Shown here piece after piece: positions 1 to 10,231 of a stretch of DNA of 64,000 bases; position 1 is the first letter of the stretch, and each line of letters begins with the position of its first letter. Made by a program: the position numbers and the translations under genes. Location of the stretch: the IMG/VR virus record IMGVR_UViG_3300043446_004613, positions 147,114-211,113 of that record; one strand, given 5' to 3'. The notes beneath the pieces were generated by a model. It ran no database searches. It saw only the letters and a list, made by a program, of their open reading frames with translations, and was not told the DNA's origin.

Positions 1-779
1 TCTTTGGTTTCACCTGTCTTGGGATCGTACTGAATGATGCGCAATCCGGCGAGGCCTGTATCCCAAAGAACAGGTTCCTGACTCCGATCGACTACGTTCA
101 AGCTCGTGCCGTAAACGCTGTAGTAGTCCATCAAACGCACCGTAGATTGGTAGTCTGGCGTATGAAAATGCAGCACGTTATCGCGGATGAAGAAGTAGTA
201 CCCTCCGTGCCCGACTGTGTTGACTGCACGCGGTAAAAGGCGCTCGATAACAAAACGCGTATCATCGATGAAAGTCTGGTAGTAGATGAAGTCCCCGCTC
301 GTTTCTTCCACCACGCAATCGAGCTTGTTTTCAGCGGCGATCGCTTTGACGATGTCACTGATCTTGCCTTTGCGGGCTACTACTTTATTAGAGCGCTCAA
401 TTCGTAACAGGTCATTTGCAGTCTTGAATACGATCGTATGGCCAGACGTGTTAGCTATACCTTCAAATTTGCTGCTGTAGCATACGATGATGTGTTGTTG
501 CCAAGGCAGCCAGTACATTTTGGTGGGTGTGCCGAAACCAAGGCGAAATTCCAGCACCGGGTCTGCATCAGCCATAACCTGCTTTACGCTCTCAACAAAA
601 GCCGGGTCGTTCGTCGTAAAAGTGTGTGTACAAAAGCCCGTAGACATCATGCTTTCGCGCAATTCGGCTTGGTAAAGGGTAACAACGTTCGGATTGAACA
701 CGAGCGTCTTGTTGTCCTTCAAAACCAGCTTATACTGTAGCTGAGCTTGACCTTCTAGGGCTTGAACGGTTTCAGGCAT
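1..779 (-). CDS. Baseplate hub / late control D (gp27/gpD-like) protein, partial (runs off left edge)
   Basis: Not in the ORF track. Manual translation from ATG 779 (MPETVQALEGQ...KGKISDIVKAIAAENKLDCVVEE...QTFIDDTRFVIERLL...GYYFFIRDNVLHF) is open to position 1. The pattern resembles gpD/gp27-type hub proteins. Confidence 0.55.
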   Translation of the reverse strand, partial: MPETVQALEGQAQLQYKLVLKDNKTLVFNPNVVTLYQAELRESMMSTGFCTHTFTTNDPAFVESVKQVMADADPVLEFRLGFGTPTKMYWLPWQQHIIVCYSSKFEGIANTSGHTIVFKTANDLLRIERSNKVVARKGKISDIVKAIAAENKLDCVVEETSGDFIYYQTFIDDTRFVIERLLPRAVNTVGHGGYYFFIRDNVLHFHTPDYQSTVRLMDYYSVYGTSLNVVDRSQEPVLWDTGLAGLRIIQYDPKTGETK

Positions 780-790
780 AATGTATACAG

Positions 791-1099
791 TCAGCCCTCA
801 TCCACAGCCACAAAACTGCGTTCAAGCAGTTCGAGAACATGGCTGGATAGGCCGACATCGTACAACGCGATTGACGCATCGTCGATTTCGATTGCGTCGA
901 TCATGCGCTCAACGGTGTTACTGTTGGCAAAAATCATGGAACATTCGGAAGCGCTCAGTTCGATGCCATCTTCTGCGACTGCCGCTTCATCGTTTGGATA
1001 AATCACGGCTTTTGACGTTTTAACCACGTCAACGTCGCTCTGGATGTGCTCAGAGCTAAGGTCTTCCAACAACTGTACAAGTGCGTTTGGTTTTTTCAT
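791..1099 (-). CDS. Hypothetical acidic protein
   Basis: Compact ORF; probable start MKKPNAL at 1099, divergent from the 1120 gene. Confidence 0.55.
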   Translation of the reverse strand: MKKPNALVQLLEDLSSEHIQSDVDVVKTSKAVIYPNDEAAVAEDGIELSASECSMIFANSNTVERMIDAIEIDDASIALYDVGLSSHVLELLERSFVAVDEG

Positions 1100-1119
1100 T
1101 CTGCTAGAATAGTTACGGT

Positions 1120-1674
1120 GTGACATTCAACGAGCGCAAAGAGTGGCAATACGACATGGCTCAGTACGGTCTGGCTGATACCCAAACCGCGCTGAAGATA
1201 CACGCGGAGTACATCAACAAGATGTCTCCCCGGCCATATCCCAAATTCTATGAGATCGACCGCCGCTCTGAGCGCTACGATGACCTTTGGCACGTACCGT
1301 TGGACGATAGAACCAAGTTTAGCCGGGTTATTGATGAACTTCCGGTCATCGTTCAAGCGGAGCGCCCGGACTGGCGTTTGACACGTGTCGGTATCGTACC
1401 GCAGCAAAAATACAAGGTCTGGATGTCCAATCTCGGCCTACAGGCTGCGAACTACTTTCCAACCCGTGGTGACATCATGTACTACAATGGTTATCGGAAC
1501 ATGATCATCAATGTGGTGATTGAGCCGACATCCATGTGGATGCAGACCAATGTCTGGCTGGGCCTGCTGGTCGAAACAACCATTCCGGCGGACGGCGATG
1601 CGCGTCCGTTGGTCAGCCCGAACGAACCAGCGCCGTCAGAACGTATACAAACACGCCCGCTGCCTGAAGCATGA
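1120..1674 (+). CDS. Putative neck/head-closure protein (T4 gp14-like)
   Basis: RYDDLW..., FPTRGDIMYYNG motif; lies upstream of the tail terminator and sheath genes. Confidence 0.5.
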   Translation: MTFNERKEWQYDMAQYGLADTQTALKIHAEYINKMSPRPYPKFYEIDRRSERYDDLWHVPLDDRTKFSRVIDELPVIVQAERPDWRLTRVGIVPQQKYKVWMSNLGLQAANYFPTRGDIMYYNGYRNMIINVVIEPTSMWMQTNVWLGLLVETTIPADGDARPLVSPNEPAPSERIQTRPLPEA

Positions 1675-2018
1675 TAATGGACGCGCTAAAGCGGACTATC
1701 GACCAGTCGATTAAGACACGACTGGCGAACCCAGCGCAACGTAAACAGGTTGTAGACACCGTGCTGGCAGGATTTGAGCATCTGCGTAAAAATCCAGTGC
1801 CCGATTTGCCCGAGCGCACGCAAAAACTACGCCAGCGCGTTGAAAAGCTGGCGCAGGAAGTAGCGGTAGAGTTTTCCGGTGATAAGCTCGTAGTTAAGGT
1901 GGCCGGGGCGTCAGAGTCGTTGTTGGTAGAGCTTAGACGCGGCACAAACTGGTATGCGCCGTGGGAAGAGATTGACGTGATTGTTCTGGCTGCGATATTA
2001 AAAGACCCAAGCAAGTAG
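1671..2018 (+). CDS. Hypothetical virion/neck-region protein
   Basis: ATGA overlap with the previous gene; neck module context. Confidence 0.55.
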   Translation: MIMDALKRTIDQSIKTRLANPAQRKQVVDTVLAGFEHLRKNPVPDLPERTQKLRQRVEKLAQEVAVEFSGDKLVVKVAGASESLLVELRRGTNWYAPWEEIDVIVLAAILKDPSK

Positions 2019-2022
2019 TTAA
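2015..2022 (+). promoter_or_regulatory. Representative copy of recurrent GTWNTTA motif (putative phage late promoter element)
   Basis: GTAGTTAA 5 nt before ATG 2028. Similar 8-mers precede starts at 1120, 2376, 3558, 8224, 10232, 14120, 22781, 23649, 29327, 30499, 33596, 38214, 43710 and 48373 (+), and 21697, 27505, 29245, 30446 and 58582 (-). Confidence 0.6.
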
Positions 2023-2027
2023 GTCAA

Positions 2028-2291
2028 ATGAAAGACCTCAAAAAGATCATTTCGGAATCCGTCGTGAACGGCGGCAAGAACTATGTGAGCGAAGCCGTGA
2101 ACCAGATTCTCGGCGAAGACGTCTCTAGCGGCCAAACGGTCGCAGTTGTTGACGATCCGATCAGCGGTATGACCGGTGCCAAAGGCAAGGTCAAATCCAT
2201 CAGCGACTCCAATCCCGGATTCGCGGACGTGGAGCTTGAAAACGGCACCACGGTGAAGATGCAGACTTCGCTGCTCGTTCCCGTCAAGTAA
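2028..2291 (+). CDS. Small virion protein (SH3/KOW-like C-terminal part)
   Basis: GAKGKVKSI..FADVELENG beta-barrel pattern; biased codon usage; own upstream motif and downstream terminator. Confidence 0.6.
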   Translation: MKDLKKIISESVVNGGKNYVSEAVNQILGEDVSSGQTVAVVDDPISGMTGAKGKVKSISDSNPGFADVELENGTTVKMQTSLLVPVK

Positions 2292-2309
2292 CACCGTGAG
2301 TTATTTTGC

Positions 2310-2355
2310 CAGCGAGCACGGCGGCTAAAAAGGCTGCCGTGCTCGCTGTTTCTTT
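2310..2355 (+). terminator. Rho-independent terminator
   Basis: 16-bp stem CAGCGAGCACGGCGGC/GCTGCCGTGCTCGCTG (one G-U), 7-nt loop, then TTTCTTT. Confidence 0.85.
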
Positions 2356-2375
2356 ACAGACCCGTAATTAAGTGT

Positions 2376-3449
2376 GTGAACGTACCGAATTGGAAAGGTA
2401 ACACGCTGAACACGCAGGCCGGTGCCTTGGCTGGCACCAGTATGCGTTATCATGAACTGGCGCTCCAACAGTGGCTGAACACAGTGTTCAAACTGCGCTG
2501 GGGCGTGCCGGTGCCTGTTGTATTCTCTACACCGATGGACGCGTTCAGCGCGTTCAACAAGCTCTGGGCCGAAAACGACAACGTGTTCAAATACCTGTTG
2601 GACGTAAAAGACGAGGAAGGCCGACCGGTGTATCAGCCGTATCCACAGCCGGTGCGCTACCCGATCATAAGTGTATACAGAAAAGGCTGGAAGCTGCGTC
2701 AGTCGCATAACTTCTCGATTCACCGGATGCGCTACATCAACTGGCCCACGGTCAGCAGCACCGGCTCAAGTGTATACGGGCGACCCGATCAAGGTGATAA
2801 CCTTACCCAGTGCAACATGGGTCACGTGACAACGAGCCGTTTTCCGATGGCTTTCGATTACCGTTTCCAGATCGATCATTTTTGTAACCGCCCGGATACG
2901 CAGGCATTTTATATTTCGCAGCTGTTCCGCGAATTTTGGCGTACAGGAGGCCCGACGATGCAGACATGGATCGTCGTGAATTATCCCGGTTTAGGCTCAA
3001 AGCTTGTTCGACTTTATGTCGACGGTGAAATCCAGAACATGACGCCGGAAGAACCGGAAGATGGCAAGAGCGTTGAATTTCGCACCAGTTTCACCGTCGT
3101 GCTGGAAGGTTACGATATTGACCTCGATTATCAGATTTATCCGACGCTATGGAAACTGGTGCTGCGCAGCGGAAGCGTTGATCCGGCGGCACTGACTGAC
3201 GCGTTTAACGCACTAACCATAGACATGCGCGAACAGCCGGATAATAGCGTCGTAAACTATCGCAGCAAGATGGGTGCGATGCCACCTGAAGGCGATTGCC
3301 CGCAAAAACTGCGTGACGCTCGCTTGGAGCGCGAGCAGGTACAGGTTACCGTGCTTGAAGCATTACAGGTTACAACGCAAGGGCCTTCCGGTTATCCGCC
3401 AGCAGCCGGAGTTACCGCTTTCGGTACTGCTTCACTAGCTTCAGTGTAA
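2376..3449 (+). CDS. Tail terminator / tail completion protein (T4 gp15-like)
   Basis: VPVVFSTP, PIISVYR, FDYRFQIDHF pattern; immediately upstream of the sheath gene. Confidence 0.55.
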   Translation: MNVPNWKGNTLNTQAGALAGTSMRYHELALQQWLNTVFKLRWGVPVPVVFSTPMDAFSAFNKLWAENDNVFKYLLDVKDEEGRPVYQPYPQPVRYPIISVYRKGWKLRQSHNFSIHRMRYINWPTVSSTGSSVYGRPDQGDNLTQCNMGHVTTSRFPMAFDYRFQIDHFCNRPDTQAFYISQLFREFWRTGGPTMQTWIVVNYPGLGSKLVRLYVDGEIQNMTPEEPEDGKSVEFRTSFTVVLEGYDIDLDYQIYPTLWKLVLRSGSVDPAALTDAFNALTIDMREQPDNSVVNYRSKMGAMPPEGDCPQKLRDARLEREQVQVTVLEALQVTTQGPSGYPPAAGVTAFGTASLASV

Positions 3450-3557
3450 ACACCCGCGAGTACGTGGCGTTGCGTTAAGTGCGCTGAATGATACTGGTAG
3501 TTAAAAGTGTGAGCGCGGTTTTAATAGATTAGCGCGTAGTTAAGACAGCAAAAGATT

Positions 3558-5855
3558 ATGACGATTACACCAAAAACCTTTCCGGGGGTTTACACGACTA
3601 TTGTCGACAAATCCTTTTTTACTCCGGCGACCAGCCGCTTCAAACCCGGTTTGCTCGGTGTCGCCTCAAAAGGGCCGTTTGACGTGCCAACCCCGGTGCA
3701 GTCACTCAAGGACTTTGTCAACGCGTTTGGCCGTCCGATCACGACGACCTACTCGACGGACGCGACCAGCCGCATCACGACCCCAGACGGTAACGGCTAC
3801 TTTCTCGCTGACGCCGTGGACGCGATCACGGATTACACCGACGCGATCACGATCGTGCGCATCGGTAACCGCTACACGGAACTTCAACCTTCCGACGCAA
3901 TTTCCGGTGCAAACAACTACACGGTGTACAGCCCGTCAAACGCACCTCGGATTCAGCAGCTGATCGTGGATAACGACGGCCCGGTATATCTGCGTCTTAC
4001 GCAGCCCGGCCTCCACTCGACAGTCAATGTTCTGGCTATCTCAGCCACAGGTACAACCATTGCGCTTGACCCGAGCAGCGACGGTATGGCTGACGCCTAC
4101 GGCCCCAATGCGACGATCTCGTACAGTCTTACGGACAAGGCAGCCAATAAAGCGGAAGGCGTTCTCTACGCTTACACCTACGGCACCGATGCAACTGACT
4201 ATGCAGACGCGCTATTCACGTCTGTCGGTTCCATCTCTGGCAACAAGAATCAGTTCCAGTTCTACTGCGCATCTGATGCGGACAACATTGCTGTCGGTGA
4301 TGTTTTCAAGATCAAGGAAACGAACAAAGACACGTCGTACGAAGTGCGTGTTCGCGGTTTGCTCATTGACTACCTGAACAACAACGCTGGTACGGTCTAT
4401 CTTGAAAAGACGGACATGCCGCAGATCGGCTATCAAGCGCTGCCGTTGCAAGACAACTACTCCAATGCCCAGCTGTACAAGCCCACCGGCAAGCTTCCGG
4501 CTCTTCGCCTCAAGGCGACCACGGAAGGCACATGGGCCAACGGCGCAAATTCCTCGCAAGGTCTTTACCTGCGCGTACGCCCCGGTTCTGACGGCGGTAC
4601 CAAGAAGCTTGAAGTCTACTGGGATTCAGCGCTTGTTGAAACCCACGACAATATCACAGACGATCCGGCTGATACCGTCAATTTCTGGGAAGCCCGCTTG
4701 GCCAAAGGCAAGAGCCAGTTCGTTTACCTCGACGAAGATGCAGGCGTTACCGACTTGATTACCGGAGATTGGACTTGCGCCAACACGGTTCATCCGTGGG
4801 ATGCCCGTTTCTTCGGCACTACCGCAACTCCCGGCCTGCCGGTTCCGATGCCGCTCGGTGCAACCAACGCCGGTATCTTGAACGTCGCAGTGAATACCAT
4901 CGAAGACACTGGCGGTCAGTTTATCAATGGTTACAACGGCGAAAATCCGAACGATTCCGACTGGATTGGTACGCTCGACCCGACGACAGACACCATGACC
5001 GGTATCCGTGCTTTTGAAGACACCGACACGGTTGAAATCAACTATCTCGCCGCGCCGATGGACAACATCAGCTTTGCGGTGATGGAACAGATGGGCCGTA
5101 CCTGCGCCAAGGTCAATGCGATGGCCGTTTGCGACGTGCCTGCTCAGTACAACGCTCGCGAAGCGATTGACTGGCACAATGGCAAGCTGCCGACTCAGGA
5201 CGGTACCCGGATCGACAACCGCAACGTTGCGGTCTATTGGAATTGGTTCATGCGCACCAATAGCTGGGCTGAAACAAAGTTTGTGCCTCCGACGGTTGGA
5301 TTGCTGGCACGTACCGGCTACACCTTCAACGCGGACAAGCCGTGGTATGCTGTCGCTGGCGAAACTCGCGGCTATCTCCAGATGGCTGAAAAGGTCGCGT
5401 TTGACCGCGTGTCTGATGACACCAAGCAGGCGATGTACGGTAACGGCAACAGCATTAACCCGATCCTCAAGATCAAGGGCAACCACTACCTGTACGGTGA
5501 ACGCACAATGCAACGTGCCGAAAGCAAGCTTACGGCAGTTCATAACGTTGTTCTCGTGAACTGGGTTGTAACCGGTATGGCGAACGTCGCCCGCCGCTTC
5601 GTGTTTGATCCGAACGACGCTGAATTGCTGATCCAGCTGAAGCTGGCGTTCACCGAGTTCCTTGACCGCATCGCTAACGATCGCGGCATCGAACAGTACA
5701 ATCTGGTCATGGATGATCGGAATAACACGGCTGAGACTCGCAATAACCGCGAAGTTTTAGTCGACTTGGAGATTATTCCGACCGACGTGGCGGAACGTAT
5801 CTACATCAACGCGACTGTTCGCGAAAGCGGCGCAGTCCTGAACCGTTTAGTCTAA
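3558..5855 (+). CDS. Tail sheath protein
   Basis: N-terminal PGVYTTIVDKS and GVASKGPFDVP; C-terminal VPPTVG, AGETRG, INPI, YGERT, FVFDPND, VDLEIIP signatures. Confidence 0.95.
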   Translation: MTITPKTFPGVYTTIVDKSFFTPATSRFKPGLLGVASKGPFDVPTPVQSLKDFVNAFGRPITTTYSTDATSRITTPDGNGYFLADAVDAITDYTDAITIVRIGNRYTELQPSDAISGANNYTVYSPSNAPRIQQLIVDNDGPVYLRLTQPGLHSTVNVLAISATGTTIALDPSSDGMADAYGPNATISYSLTDKAANKAEGVLYAYTYGTDATDYADALFTSVGSISGNKNQFQFYCASDADNIAVGDVFKIKETNKDTSYEVRVRGLLIDYLNNNAGTVYLEKTDMPQIGYQALPLQDNYSNAQLYKPTGKLPALRLKATTEGTWANGANSSQGLYLRVRPGSDGGTKKLEVYWDSALVETHDNITDDPADTVNFWEARLAKGKSQFVYLDEDAGVTDLITGDWTCANTVHPWDARFFGTTATPGLPVPMPLGATNAGILNVAVNTIEDTGGQFINGYNGENPNDSDWIGTLDPTTDTMTGIRAFEDTDTVEINYLAAPMDNISFAVMEQMGRTCAKVNAMAVCDVPAQYNAREAIDWHNGKLPTQDGTRIDNRNVAVYWNWFMRTNSWAETKFVPPTVGLLARTGYTFNADKPWYAVAGETRGYLQMAEKVAFDRVSDDTKQAMYGNGNSINPILKIKGNHYLYGERTMQRAESKLTAVHNVVLVNWVVTGMANVARRFVFDPNDAELLIQLKLAFTEFLDRIANDRGIEQYNLVMDDRNNTAETRNNREVLVDLEIIPTDVAERIYINATVRESGAVLNRLV

Positions 5856-5859
5856 TCTT

Positions 5860-6501
5860 ATGTCAAAGATGAACTTCAACAATACGTTCGGCGCTATTTC
5901 AGACGCCAACGCTATTGACCTGCAACGCAGCGACCTGTGGAAAGTGGACATTGTCTTGCCACAGGTGCTGAACGCGAACTGGAACGACAACGTGCAGTTC
6001 TTGCTCGAAAAGTTTCCGTTCCCGACCCGCGAACGCGAAATGATCGAGGTCAAGTACATGCAGCAGACCAACTTCATTATCGGGAAGGACACTCCGACAA
6101 ACGCCATCGAAATTCCCGTCCGCTACGCTTTCGGTGTCAAAGTCGTCGAAGCGCTCGAAAAATGGAATTGGCTCGTTGCCAACCCGATCACAGGTGGTAT
6201 CGGTCTGACCTCGCAATGCAAAGCCAAAGGCAGCATGCGCTGGGTTGTACCGAACATGCAGAACCAAGTGAACGCCCTGAGCAACAACGTTGCTGCCGGG
6301 GAGAACACGATGGACGACGGCTTGGTTTACAACCTTGAGGGCTGCATCATCAAAGGACTCAAATACTCAGATGCTGACATGACGCAGAGCGGTTATGTGA
6401 ACATCATGTTCAATCTCCAGATCGATCGCTACTATCCGGCTGGCAAGTCTCGCAACGGCGCTCTGGATGACACAATCGTCAATCCTGTTGTTGCGCGGTG
6501 A
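5860..6501 (+). CDS. Tail tube protein
   Basis: Directly follows sheath; LQRSDLWKV..., FPFPTRERE.IEVKY, GCIIKGL.YSD.D pattern of gp19-like tubes. Confidence 0.75.
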   Translation: MSKMNFNNTFGAISDANAIDLQRSDLWKVDIVLPQVLNANWNDNVQFLLEKFPFPTREREMIEVKYMQQTNFIIGKDTPTNAIEIPVRYAFGVKVVEALEKWNWLVANPITGGIGLTSQCKAKGSMRWVVPNMQNQVNALSNNVAAGENTMDDGLVYNLEGCIIKGLKYSDADMTQSGYVNIMFNLQIDRYYPAGKSRNGALDDTIVNPVVAR

Positions 6502-6899
6502 AAATTGACGTATACAGCGAAGCGGTACTTCGGGTGCTCCCCGAAGTACCTGATCTCCCTCTGGAGGCACCGCCTGCGGAGGGCTTCGATCTTGTCGATG
6601 TCTGCATCTGTCCGGCCTGCGGCGGCCAAGACGCCGCTGTGAAGAAAGTGGAGGATGCGGAAGTTGCTAAATGCCCACAGTGCCAGTGTGAATTCTCGCC
6701 ACGCTTGGAAGCTGTATCGGCGCAAGTCATTCGCCGTATTGGTGAGCACCGTGCCCGGCGCATGAGCCGCTTCCTTGAGTCATTGCCGTTGAATCCACCG
6801 CCGGGTGTAAATCCAAAAGATTACTCACTTTTCCGTAAAATCGTCGATACTGAGCCTTTGGCTGTTGAAAACCCTGAATCCGAACTTGAAAATGAATAA
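6498..6899 (+). CDS. Zinc-ribbon protein
   Basis: CPACGG...CPQCQCEF cysteine pairs. Confidence 0.6.
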   Translation: MKIDVYSEAVLRVLPEVPDLPLEAPPAEGFDLVDVCICPACGGQDAAVKKVEDAEVAKCPQCQCEFSPRLEAVSAQVIRRIGEHRARRMSRFLESLPLNPPPGVNPKDYSLFRKIVDTEPLAVENPESELENE

Positions 6900-7668
6900 A
6901 CTTATCGAAGCTGCTGTTGTTGAACCGCAGTACAGCAAAACAGAGCGTGAATTTGATCCTCGTCATCTCATGAGCAAGCTAGATGCTATACATCGCCGCT
7001 TTGTAGATGAGCGCGTAGCTGGCTTTACGACTCCTGAAGGTGTCACTCACCCACCCTGTTCACGTGAAGAGGCTGAAGCTCGTTGGGCTAAAGCGGAGCA
7101 GGCCTTTATGAACGCGCTTTCAGGAAACGTTGCACCTGAGCACCGTGAAAACAGTAAAAGTTTGCAGCATAAGCTGGGACTTACCCGGCCTAAGTTAACA
7201 GGCGCGATTTACCGCGATGATCCAACCGTTCCAGACACGGAACCAGAAACTGACTGGGAAAGCTACGAAAAATCGTGGCATAAGCAGGAAAGTAACGTGA
7301 GCGCTGTCGTGCGTACGCTTGTAACCGAAGCGATCGATATGCCTACGCCCGAGTGGGAAATAGATAAACATTTTTTTGATCAGGCACTGCACAGTATCCG
7401 CAGCCGCTTTGTAGATGAGCGCGTATCTGGTTTTATGACGCCTGACGGTGTCAAACATCCGCCGGTTTCGCGTGAAGAGGCGGAAGCTCGTTGGGCTAAA
7501 GCAGAGAATGTTTTCAAAAAAGCGCTTATGAATCCATCGCCAAAAGCGGCGAAAAGCTTGAAACTTGGACGTAAACTCAGCCCGTACGAGCGCGGCATGC
7601 GCGATGAGCCTTCGCTACGTCGCGGCGAGTCAAAATCCAGTTCTATCGTGCGGAAGATGATTTCTTGA
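6892..7668 (+). CDS. Hypothetical (probable head-internal) protein with internal duplication
   Basis: Two copies of RRFVDERV.GF.TP.GV.HPP.SREEAEARWAKAE, 408 nt apart; probable start MNKLIEA at 6892. Confidence 0.7.
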   Translation: MNKLIEAAVVEPQYSKTEREFDPRHLMSKLDAIHRRFVDERVAGFTTPEGVTHPPCSREEAEARWAKAEQAFMNALSGNVAPEHRENSKSLQHKLGLTRPKLTGAIYRDDPTVPDTEPETDWESYEKSWHKQESNVSAVVRTLVTEAIDMPTPEWEIDKHFFDQALHSIRSRFVDERVSGFMTPDGVKHPPVSREEAEARWAKAENVFKKALMNPSPKAAKSLKLGRKLSPYERGMRDEPSLRRGESKSSSIVRKMIS

Positions 7669-7670
7669 AC

Positions 7671-8207
7671 ATGAAGCGTCCTGAAGGATTACTAACCATC
7701 AGCGGCATCAAGGATGCCGAAGGTAAACCGCTGTCTACACAGCAAGCGGTTGACTATGGTTGGATCACGCCTTCTGCCGGAAACTTTGCTGGCTGGGGTC
7801 TTGCACGCCACGAAGTGCCTTTGGGTAAAAACCTCTTTGTGGATCAAGGGCGTCAACTCGTCGCCTACGCTTTTGGTTTCCGCAGCCCTATCTCTGACTA
7901 CACGGTTCAGAAGTTTGGAGTTGGCACTGGAACTACACCGGCCAAAGTTACCGATGTTGCCCTTCAAGCGCCGATCACGCTAAGCAATAGCTCTACGCTC
8001 AAAAACATCGATTCCGTCGATTTCCTAGCACCATTTGTTGTGCGGGTGTCTTTCACGCTAGGAAACGACGACGCCAACGGTTACATCATCAGCGAGATGG
8101 GCCTGTTCAGCGGCGGCAGTGCGCTGATTGCGCGTAAAGTCCGCAGCGTAAGCATCAACAAAACTTCCGACTACTCTCCGACATTGACGTGGCGCATCCG
8201 GTTCTAA
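7671..8207 (+). CDS. Baseplate / tail-collar fibre-attachment type protein
   Basis: FGVGTGTTPAKVTDVAL...ISEMGLFS...LIARKV...LTWRIRF pattern common in myovirus tail-collar proteins. Confidence 0.6.
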   Translation: MKRPEGLLTISGIKDAEGKPLSTQQAVDYGWITPSAGNFAGWGLARHEVPLGKNLFVDQGRQLVAYAFGFRSPISDYTVQKFGVGTGTTPAKVTDVALQAPITLSNSSTLKNIDSVDFLAPFVVRVSFTLGNDDANGYIISEMGLFSGGSALIARKVRSVSINKTSDYSPTLTWRIRF

Positions 8208-8223
8208 TTCGGTTCTTACCGGC

Positions 8224-8886
8224 ATGGAACACTCGCTATTAACGGTACCTCAGTTTGCACAGCATGTGCAGGACGCTATAGACAAAGCCTCTAAAAATGA
8301 GCATCGGCTCGACGATGAAACGCTGGCCGTAAAAGGATTCAGCACCGCGCACATGCGGAAGTTATACAACAACCTGTGCGCATATCCGGGCATGACTTAC
8401 CTTGAAATAGGGCTTTGGTGTGGCGCGTCTTTCACAGCGGCGTGCTGTAATAACAAGCAACTTACCGCTTACGGAATCGAAAACTTTGATCAGAGTTTCG
8501 GCCTCGACAGTGTTCGCTACGAGTTGACTGTCAACCTCAACAACTTAAAGGCCAAGGCGGGTGATATAACAACACTGTTTACAGACTGCTGGCAGTGCGG
8601 CCCGGAACAGATCAAGCAACCTGTCGACTACTTTTTCTACGACGGTCATCACGACACACAGTGGCAGCTTAAAGCGCTGCCTCATTTCTTGCCCTGCATG
8701 TCGAACGTGTTTTTGTACGGTGTCGACGACTATAACTGGCCTGCTGTCCGCAAAGGCACAGAAGAAGCTTTCAGCAACCTTGCCGACAAAATTGTAACAG
8801 AGCGCTCATGGGTGTGGGAAACACCCGGAAATGACGATCCAACGTTCCATAACGGTTTGGCGCTTTTTCTGTGCCGTAAGGTATGA
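8224..8886 (+). CDS. Class I SAM-dependent methyltransferase (Methyltransf_24-like)
   Basis: YLEIGLWCGAS motif I; FFYDGHH; VDDYNW. Confidence 0.85.
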   Translation: MEHSLLTVPQFAQHVQDAIDKASKNEHRLDDETLAVKGFSTAHMRKLYNNLCAYPGMTYLEIGLWCGASFTAACCNNKQLTAYGIENFDQSFGLDSVRYELTVNLNNLKAKAGDITTLFTDCWQCGPEQIKQPVDYFFYDGHHDTQWQLKALPHFLPCMSNVFLYGVDDYNWPAVRKGTEEAFSNLADKIVTERSWVWETPGNDDPTFHNGLALFLCRKV

Positions 8887-9647
8887 TCTCTGTTGTCGTA
8901 AACCTCGATACGCGTCCCGGATGGAAACTAGAAGCGACTCTGGCAACAAGTACGCTCAACGGAACACGCTCAGTCGATTTTTTCACTGAGGGCTTGATCA
9001 ATAAGCGAAAATTCTTTGCAGGACATGAAATCGAACTGATTGCTTACGTAGACGAGCACGAGCCTCTGGATGTTGCCGTAAGCGGCGCGGATAAGCTGGT
9101 GGTTGTACCACACAGCAAGGAACGCTACCGCTGGAACGACCATGTTTATCTGGATGCGCTGGCACACGCACAAGGCGACTACGTCTGTCACTTTGATCAG
9201 GATACGGTGGCGTTTTGTGTTGATGGTGCTGTTATCGAGCAATACCTCAAGTTGCTTGACTCCGGCGTCGCTAACTTTGTCAGCCTCCCTTTGCCATCTG
9301 AGCGGACAGATACCTATTGGTGGGCCAGCACACGGTTTTTCATCACCAAGCGGGAATTTTTACCGCTGGACGAAATTCGTCACTACATCACTGATCCGCA
9401 GGCTCTCGTTGAAAAATACCGTTGGCCCGGAATATCTTCTTTCCCGTGCTTAGAGCACCTGCTTGGAGCAATGAACGCAGGTAAAGTGCTCTATCCGGTT
9501 CAAGATGGTAAGGCTCACATCTACTCATGGTACAACTATCGTCAGGGTGTGCTCGCTGATATGAACCGATTGAGCTACCCAGAGGTCTGTGCTTTCATTG
9601 AAAGCAAATGCGGTACCGGCGGTGCTGGTGAGCTTTACCTGAAATGA
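8883..9647 (+). CDS. Glycosyltransferase (GT-A fold)
   Basis: MISVVV N-terminus; GDYVCHFDQD DxD motif. Confidence 0.65.
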   Translation: MISVVVNLDTRPGWKLEATLATSTLNGTRSVDFFTEGLINKRKFFAGHEIELIAYVDEHEPLDVAVSGADKLVVVPHSKERYRWNDHVYLDALAHAQGDYVCHFDQDTVAFCVDGAVIEQYLKLLDSGVANFVSLPLPSERTDTYWWASTRFFITKREFLPLDEIRHYITDPQALVEKYRWPGISSFPCLEHLLGAMNAGKVLYPVQDGKAHIYSWYNYRQGVLADMNRLSYPEVCAFIESKCGTGGAGELYLK

Positions 9648-10225
9648 AAACGATTATTCACGTCGGCTGCGGCCCGATCTACATGGAGTCTGATAGGAAC
9701 TACCGCTGGATAAACATGGACATCAATCCAGCTTTTAAGGCGGATATTACAGGTGATTGTAGACAGCTTAGCGTTCTGATTGGGAATAACGTCGGTGACT
9801 ACTTGTGGTCGTGCCATCATCTGGAGCATCTGCCTTACCCGGACGGTGTCCAAGAGACATTGCGCCAGTTCCTAGCGGTGCTTAAACCCGGAGGAATTGC
9901 GCGTATCGCCACACCTGACCTTGAAACAGTAGCGCAGGCTTACTGTGACGGCAGCAGCTTGAAGTTCATCTACGGCGAAGACTTCAAGGGCTACGCGCAT
10001 ATCGACTGTCCGGCGGAGCGGTTCTTGTTTTTCATGCGTGCGTGGGAACACACGTTTATCCCCGATTTCGTCCTTTTGTCTACACTTATGCGTGAAGCAG
10101 GCTTTGAAAACGTCCGCCGTTGTACCGCAAATCAAAGCGCCATACCCGGCTGGTGCCATGACCGGTTTCAATCTGAGAGCCTATACATTGAAGGACAGAA
10201 ACCTGCGCAGACCGAGTGTATTTAG
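9644..10225 (+). CDS. SAM-dependent methyltransferase (type 11-like)
   Basis: IHVGCG, INMDI, HHLEHL, VLKPGGIARIATPDLE. Confidence 0.85.
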   Translation: MKTIIHVGCGPIYMESDRNYRWINMDINPAFKADITGDCRQLSVLIGNNVGDYLWSCHHLEHLPYPDGVQETLRQFLAVLKPGGIARIATPDLETVAQAYCDGSSLKFIYGEDFKGYAHIDCPAERFLFFMRAWEHTFIPDFVLLSTLMREAGFENVRRCTANQSAIPGWCHDRFQSESLYIEGQKPAQTECI

Positions 10226-10231
10226 ATCAGT

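Noticed and set aside
4626-5543. 305-aa antisense ORF
   Set aside because: Shadow of the codon-biased tail sheath gene.
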